Assembly (NCBI GenBank): GCA_964016885.1
Contig: OZ024743.1
Span: forward strand, 240,188,001-240,252,000
DNA length: 64,000 nucleotides
DNA from: Eledone cirrhosa
Taxonomy: Eukaryota
Direction: 5' to 3'
Shown: positions 58,423 through 64,000 of the stretch, piece by piece
Layout: each line of letters begins with the position of its first letter
Numbering within the stretch: position 1 is the stretch's first letter
Notes under the pieces: generated by a model
The model's database searches: none
Told to the model about the DNA's origin: nothing
Seen by the model: the letters and a program-made list of their open reading frames with translations, nothing else
Program-made: the position numbers and the translations under genes

Positions 58423-58610
58423 GTGGTTACACAACAGTTAGTTCGCCATACCAAAAACAATTGTTTCGCCTTAGCGGATCTTCAGCTTGTAATGGCAATT
58501 ACGAGCTGAGGATCCGGTATGGCGAACTAACTGTTGTGTAACCACTTCTACCTAACTCGTCCCATGGACTGAGTGCTCTACCACTACGGATATTACCTTC
58601 CAGTGTTCTA

Positions 58611-58612
<2 letters not shown>
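58418..58612. mobile_element. Short palindromic hammerhead cassette plus tail between (TA)n tracts
   Basis: Arms 58418-58452 / 58516-58550 and 58476-58492 / 58499-58515; right arm lacks 23 nt spanning stem II'-GAAAC-NUH. Confidence 0.75.
58452..58489 (-). ncRNA. Minimal hammerhead motif
   Basis: Minus strand: CAAG-CTGAAGA-tCC gctaa GGc-GAAAC-AATT-GTT-TTTG; palindromic AACAATTGTT; weak stems. Confidence 0.55.
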
Positions 58613-58644
<32 letters not shown>

Positions 58645-58646
<2 letters not shown>

Positions 58647-59068
58647 GATATTAATAAATGGATACTCTATTTATAAAACCATATTTATTCTATTATATAT
58701 ATTTGAAGGGTACCAAAACTTTGGTACGCTCTCATCAGATAAAATACAAAGTTTGTTTTATAAATATTGACATATCCAGGAATGAGACTTTAACGATTCA
58801 AGTTATACCTGGATAATTAACTTGAACCGTTAAGGTCTGATTCCTGGATATGTCACTATTTATAAAACAAACTTTGTATTTTATCTGATGAGTGCGTACC
58901 AAAGTTTTGGTACCCTTGAAATATATATAATAGAATAAATATGGTTTTATAAACATAGTTTCCATTTATTAATATCGTTGATATTATACTCCAGAAAACC
59001 TCTCAAGTGCTTCGAATCTGTTATAAATATATTTGTTGAATTACCAACAAATTAAATATCCCTTTGCT
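58645..59068 (+). mobile_element. Palindromic hammerhead cassette plus tail, same family as 54752-55180
   Basis: Arms ~58645-58805 / 58819-58978 with scattered mismatches; ~90-bp tail; TA-flanked. Confidence 0.85.
58877..58937 (+). ncRNA. Type I hammerhead ribozyme motif
   Basis: TATTTTAT-CTGATGA-..GTACCAA agtt TTGGTAC..-GAAAT-ATAT-ATA-ATAGAATA; the left-arm copy (58686-58746, minus) has GAAA>CAAA. Confidence 0.75.
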
Positions 59069-59100
<32 letters not shown>

Positions 59101-59121
59101 CACACACAAGTGCAGCATGTG

Positions 59122-59168
<47 letters not shown>

Positions 59169-59181
59169 AGTGCAGCATGTG

Positions 59182-59240
<59 letters not shown>

Positions 59241-59469
59241 AACACATGCTGCACTTGTGTGTGTTTTCAACTGATCGTGTTGTAAACTTCCGGTGTCAAT
59301 AGATCAATAGATTAGGTCTATGTAATTTTGCATATAACACTGGTTGCCGTGTCAGAAACAACCTCAAAGCAACAACAACATACATACATAGATGCATACA
59401 ACAACAGAAAAATAAAACCGAATACTCAGTAGAAAGGAAATATATAACAAATGAACATAAAAGTAATTG

Positions 59470-60240
59470 GGTTGGTATAGGGTGGTAGTGGTGGTGTTAA
59501 GGGTGGTAGTGAGGGTGGAGGTGGTGGTGGTGATTATATTGCTTGTAGTAGTGAGGGCGGTCGTGTTGAGGGTGGTGTGGTGGTGGTGAGGGTGGTGTGG
59601 TAGTGGGGAGGGTGGTGTGGTGGTGGTGTTAAGGGTGGTAGTCAGGGTGGTGGTGGTGGTGATTATATTGCTTGTGGCAGTGAGGGCGGTGGTGTGGTGG
59701 TGTTGAGTGTGGTGTGGTGGTGGTGAGGGTGGTGTGGTGGTGGTGAGGGTGGTGTGGTGGTGGTGGTGATTATATTGTTTGTGATGATGGTTGTTGTTAT
59801 AGAAGTGGTGGTAGTAGTATTATTGTTGGTAGTGATGTTGGAGCTGATGGCAGTGGTGTTATTGTATGCGATGGTGGTGGAGGTGGCAGTATTATTGTCT
59901 GTGGTGGAGGTGGAGGTGGCAGTATTATTGTTTGTTGTTTGTGGTGGTGGTGGCGGCGGTGGTGTTGAAGGTGGCAGTATTCTTGTTTATGTTTGGTGGT
60001 GGCGGTGGGGATGGGGTGGAGGTGGCAGTATTATTGTTTGTTGTTGTTGGTGGTGGTGGTGGTGGCAGTATTCTTGCTAAATGTTGGTAGAGGTGGTGGG
60101 GATAGGGTGGAGGTGGCAGTATTGTTGTTTGTGGTGGTAGAGGTGTTGGTATTGTTCTTTGTTGTGATTGTAGCCATATTAGTGGTGAAGGTAGTATTGT
60201 TGTTTGTGGTGGTGGCGATGGATATGTTGGTTTCCGTATT
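59470..60240. repeat. GGT/GTG-rich low-complexity degenerate minisatellite
   Basis: Repeated GAGGGTGGTGTGGTGGTGGT and GGTGGCAGTATTATTG units. Confidence 0.85.
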
Positions 60241-60396
60241 GACGGAGGTATAAATGATTTCCCGATGATTTTAAACGAAGGAAACAGTTCTTGTTCTGTA
60301 GAAATCATTTCTACATAATTATATATTGATATACACACACATACATATATATATATACACACATAACCATATGTAAAACAGGTAAATAGTCAATAT

Positions 60397-60465
<69 letters not shown>

Positions 60466-60476
60466 GTGTGTGTGTA

Positions 60477-60576
60477 TAACGAAGGAGGTGTGGTAAGGAA
60501 CCAGACGGCTATTTCTGGTCCAGAAACAGCCGTCGAAACGGCTTGAGCTCTGCCGTCGGGTTTAAACCTTTTCCTA
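60477..60576 (+). mobile_element. Truncated cassette with hammerhead stems II and III but no CUGANGA
   Basis: GACGGCT..TTTCTGG/CCAGAAA.AGCCGTC-GAAACGGC-loop-GCCGTC-GGGTTT; between (TG)n and (TA)n; same family as 35551. Confidence 0.55.
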
Positions 60577-60949
60577 TATATATGTATATATATATATATA
60601 TATATATTTACACACAATTATATATACATACATCGATATATAACTCAGGTAAATCGTCAATATAATGCTTCGTTCCACATGAGTGCTCTCCTCTTGATCT
60701 TTGTTTGAAGGACTAACAAACACCAGAGAAAACAAGCAACCAAATATAAAGTAAAACGAAAGACCCATAACGAAAAGATCAAATTGACATAAAAACATTA
60801 CAAACTAATAATATCAGTAATAACAAAGTTGTCCTAGTAGTAAGCAATATACAATCCCCCCCCCCCTTCCATTCATACACCACTAATAACACAGTAAAAT
60901 AGGTACAAGGAGAAACAAACAATAAACTTGTGATTGTAAATGTTGGCTA

Positions 60950-61180
60950 AACAGAGAGAGAGGGAGAGACAGGGATTTGGATTGGAGGAGATGGAGAGAG
61001 AGGGGGTTGAGGGAGAGAGGAGGTGAGACTGAGAAAGAGGGAAGGAGACGGAGAGCAAGGGAGAGGGAATGAGTGTGGGAGGGAGGAAGAGAGAGGGGTG
61101 GGAGGAAGAGAGAGGGGGTGGGAGGAATGGTGGAAGAGGCGTGAGAGGAAGGAATGAGATTGAGAGGAAGGAAGGGAGGG
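60950..61180. repeat. Purine-rich (GA/GGA) tract
   Basis: Near-homopurine + strand. Confidence 0.85.
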
Positions 61181-61297
61181 AGGCCTAGTGGTTATAGTGT
61201 TTAGTTTGCGATCATAATGTGGCACGTTCGAAACTCCGGGTCAAGCTCCGTGTCATGTTTTTGAACATGACACTTCTTTCATGTCACTCTACTCTAC
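61178..61297 (+). mobile_element. SINE 5' part interrupted by the hAT element
   Basis: GGCCTAGTGGTTA (A box)...GTTCGAAAC (B box)...TGTTTTTGAACATGACACTT core, cut at the hAT terminus. Confidence 0.55.
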
Positions 61298-61299
61298 AC

Positions 61300-64000
61300 C
61301 AAAGGTCCTCAACCCTCGAAATCACGAAACGCCCCCCCCCCCCCTATTTTTCCATTTTTAAATATATTACTGATTTTGATATCAGTAGATTACTAAAAAA
61401 TTGATTAACCATATTCCAAAGATACCATTGCAAGCAGTTGAAAGTATAAATACATTCCTTGAAAGGAAGTATATAAATTTCAAAAAAGGGAACATAAATG
61501 TTCTTTTTTATGAATAAGGACCAGTTGAATTTGTTATATTCCCACCAGACGATACCAGCTATTTTGAACATTTATACAAGTGCAACTCTGTCTATCCAAA
61601 GAGTGATCTTATCTGGAAGAAAGTGGCAATTGTATTATTTCAAAGCTTTCCAATGTTCCCTTTAATGAAACGGACATAATAAATGTTGATATCTAACTTC
61701 ATGTCCTCTCCGCTTTGTGAGCTTAGAGACCACGGAAGAGGGTTTTATGACCACGTAAGAGGGTATATTCATTAGTAAACGGTAAAATATATACAACAAA
61801 TGAGTAAGTGAATTGTGGTAGATGGTTTCCAGTCCAGTCAGACTGCAACTACAAATAAAAAATCGACTTACTTTGACCTCGTATCAATGGGACCCTTGAG
61901 CTTCATGGAGTTTAGCTAACTCTTTGACGTCAGGCTGGATTTTCGTGAGCTGTAGCAGAAGATCTCCACGTGCAATCACATTGTAGCGGTTGCGAGCCTT
62001 ACTATGCAGTCTGGAAACAACGCCAAACCCCCCTCTCGGCTAAGTATGAGCTAGGAAAAGGCAAAGCAAATCTCTTAGCCCCTGCATGTAGGAGTGGAAA
62101 TCGACGCTGAATTTCCTCTTGCATCCAAAAAAGGCGTTCTCCTATTTTGGAAAATGTTATTTTGATAATGTCATCTGTCTGAAGTTCAATTAATTCTTCC
62201 TGAAATTTAACGTCGAAATCCTCGACGTTATCTATGAAGGGATCTGCTCTCCACATTGGGATGTTCATCTGAAAAAGGTCGACAAACCGTTCTCTCATGC
62301 TGTCTTGTAGTGCATGGAGGTGCGCGGTATAAATTTGGAGTTGGTCATCGCTCACAATGTTTTGAACATTGGCGACACTAGGAAAATTATAGAATTCCTT
62401 CGACAAAGATTCCTTTCGATGACTTTCAATTTGGCCAGGAATATTTTCACAGCATTCCTTGCTTTAAATAAGGTGATCTTCTCCCCCTGCAAAGCCATAA
62501 TGAGGCTATTGCATTTGTCGAAGATGTCGGCGAGGTAGGCGCAGTCTTGCCTCACATCGAGGTTTTTTTTATACAGTTCTGTGTTGCGTCCTCGAAGAAA
62601 CTCAATGATAGGGTCGAACAGTTCAAAGAAGGAAGTAAGGCACTTGCCCTTTGAAAGCCACCTCACTTCAATATGAAGGAGCAACTCGACGAATTCTTCG
62701 TCATTATCTTCGCACAGTTGCCGGAAAATTCGTTTATTGAGGGCATGGCGTTTGATATAATTGATGACATCAATAGCTACCTGCAAAGACTTGCTCAGCG
62801 GCTCGCTGAGTTTCTTCGCAGCCAACTGTTGTTGATGAATGACACAATGAACAGCAAATACAGATGGATTTTCCCTCTTCAGAAGAGAGACGAAACCCTT
62901 ATGTTGGCCGACCATTGCTCTTGCGCCGTCCGTAGCACATGGTACAATATTGTTAAGAGGCATCTCTTTTTCTTCGATGTATCCCTTGACAGATTCAAAG
63001 ATGGTGGCACCTTTAGTATCTGTGGATAGATTCAGAGTGAAGAGAAGCTACTCGTGCATTTCGTTTTGGCGGAAAAATCGCACGTATTCCAGTAGTAAGG
63101 ACTGATTCCCGGAAAGTGTGCTTTCATCAAGTTGCAAAGCAAATTGTGTCGATTTCAAGATGTTGCATAATTTGTGTTCAACATTTTCCGCCATTTCGTC
63201 GATGCGTCTCCTTACTGAGTCGTTACTCAACGGAATACATTTCAAGGTCTTTAACGGGTTCTGGCGTAGTACTGTTGAAAGAAGTTCTGAGATGACAGGA
63301 GCTACCAATGTTTCACCCAAGGAATGGGGCTTGCCGCACTTTGCGATTATGTTGACAATATTGTAAGATGCGACAAGTCCATCAACATTTGAAGCTTCAA
63401 CTTTTGAAAAGGCAGAAGAAATTAGTGTTGTTTTCTGAAATTGGTCCCTAAGAGACTGAAAGTATGCTAAAACTTTATATCGCTTATCGGGGTGCCTCAC
63501 CCCCAGGTGTCTACTCAAACGCGATGGCTTCATCGCCTCATTCGAAAATGACTCCTTGCAAATTAAACACATGGGTGACAGGTGGTTTTACGGCGATGGG
63601 ATGAATCCGAACCGTAAGTAATCAACGCTGTACTGCCTGCATTTTTTCTTCATTGCTGAGGCCATTTTCTGTTTATCGAATGAGTTTTGTAAAATTACGC
63701 AAAGATTTACCTACATAAGCCTATAACATTATGTATAAGGAACTTACTATAATGAGTCCTGTTCCAGTATGATAAAGTTTCAAGTAATGTTCTGGAATAA
63801 AGCTTTGTAATAAACAAAACTACAATGAAAAACACAAACACTGTCATTAATTAACCAAGTCGAGACAAGTTATAGATGAAGATTAACCAGTCTTTCATGT
63901 AGGAATAGTAATAACTTAGCTTGAGGGAATTAAGGTGGCAGACTCAATAAAGTATCAAAGAAGCAACGAGTTCAATAGAACTTAATGCAAGAATGACTAA
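61300..64000 (-). mobile_element. hAT (Buster/Charlie-type) DNA transposon; other end probably outside the window
   Basis: Terminal CAAAGGTCCTCAACC resembles Buster/Charlie TIRs; transposase remnants inside. Confidence 0.8.
61884..63665 (-). pseudogene. Buster-type hAT transposase (ZBED5/SCAND3/FAM200-like), disrupted
   Basis: MASAMKKKCRQYSVDYLRFGF, PMCLIC..SNEAMKPSRL.RH, FALQLDEST, ATDGARAM, HCVIH, EVRWLSKG, FPSSYLAERG, ..HEAQGSH*; stops at ~63588 and 63048 plus frameshifts. Confidence 0.92.

Noticed and set aside
61884-63665. Domesticated ZBED5/SCAND3-like host gene
   Set aside because: Stops, frameshifts and a TIR-like end indicate a dead transposon.

Overview
This is AT-rich, repeat-dominated animal DNA with no supportable host gene. 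The SINE/LINE types and the (TA)n/(CA)n density suggest an octopus or other cephalopod, which is an inference. Bases 1-20588 are a 14-bp satellite (TAGAYACCATCCAC) with kb-scale higher-order duplications. The rest contains microsatellites, tRNA-derived SINEs, a decayed CR1-group LINE with a CCCH-finger ORF1, an RTE LINE interrupted by an inverted second RTE, a Tc1/mariner relic, a non-autonomous Helitron and a decayed hAT/Buster transposase. The main unexplained signal is at least 14 short non-coding cassettes (about 0.1-1 kb) of several sequence families, nearly all sitting in (TA)n tracts. They are built as fold-back palindromes and/or partial tandem (>1-mer) repeats and carry minimal type I hammerhead ribozyme motifs (stem I-CUGANGA-stem II-GAAA-short stem III-NUH-stem I'). 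I count 12 motifs with a canonical core, 2 with a compensatory U3-A8 core, and several decayed or half motifs. This matches Penelope-like pLTR / non-LTR retrozyme biology, here as a dense, diverse, microsatellite-associated set with ribozymes on both strands. All folds were paired by eye and activity is untested.
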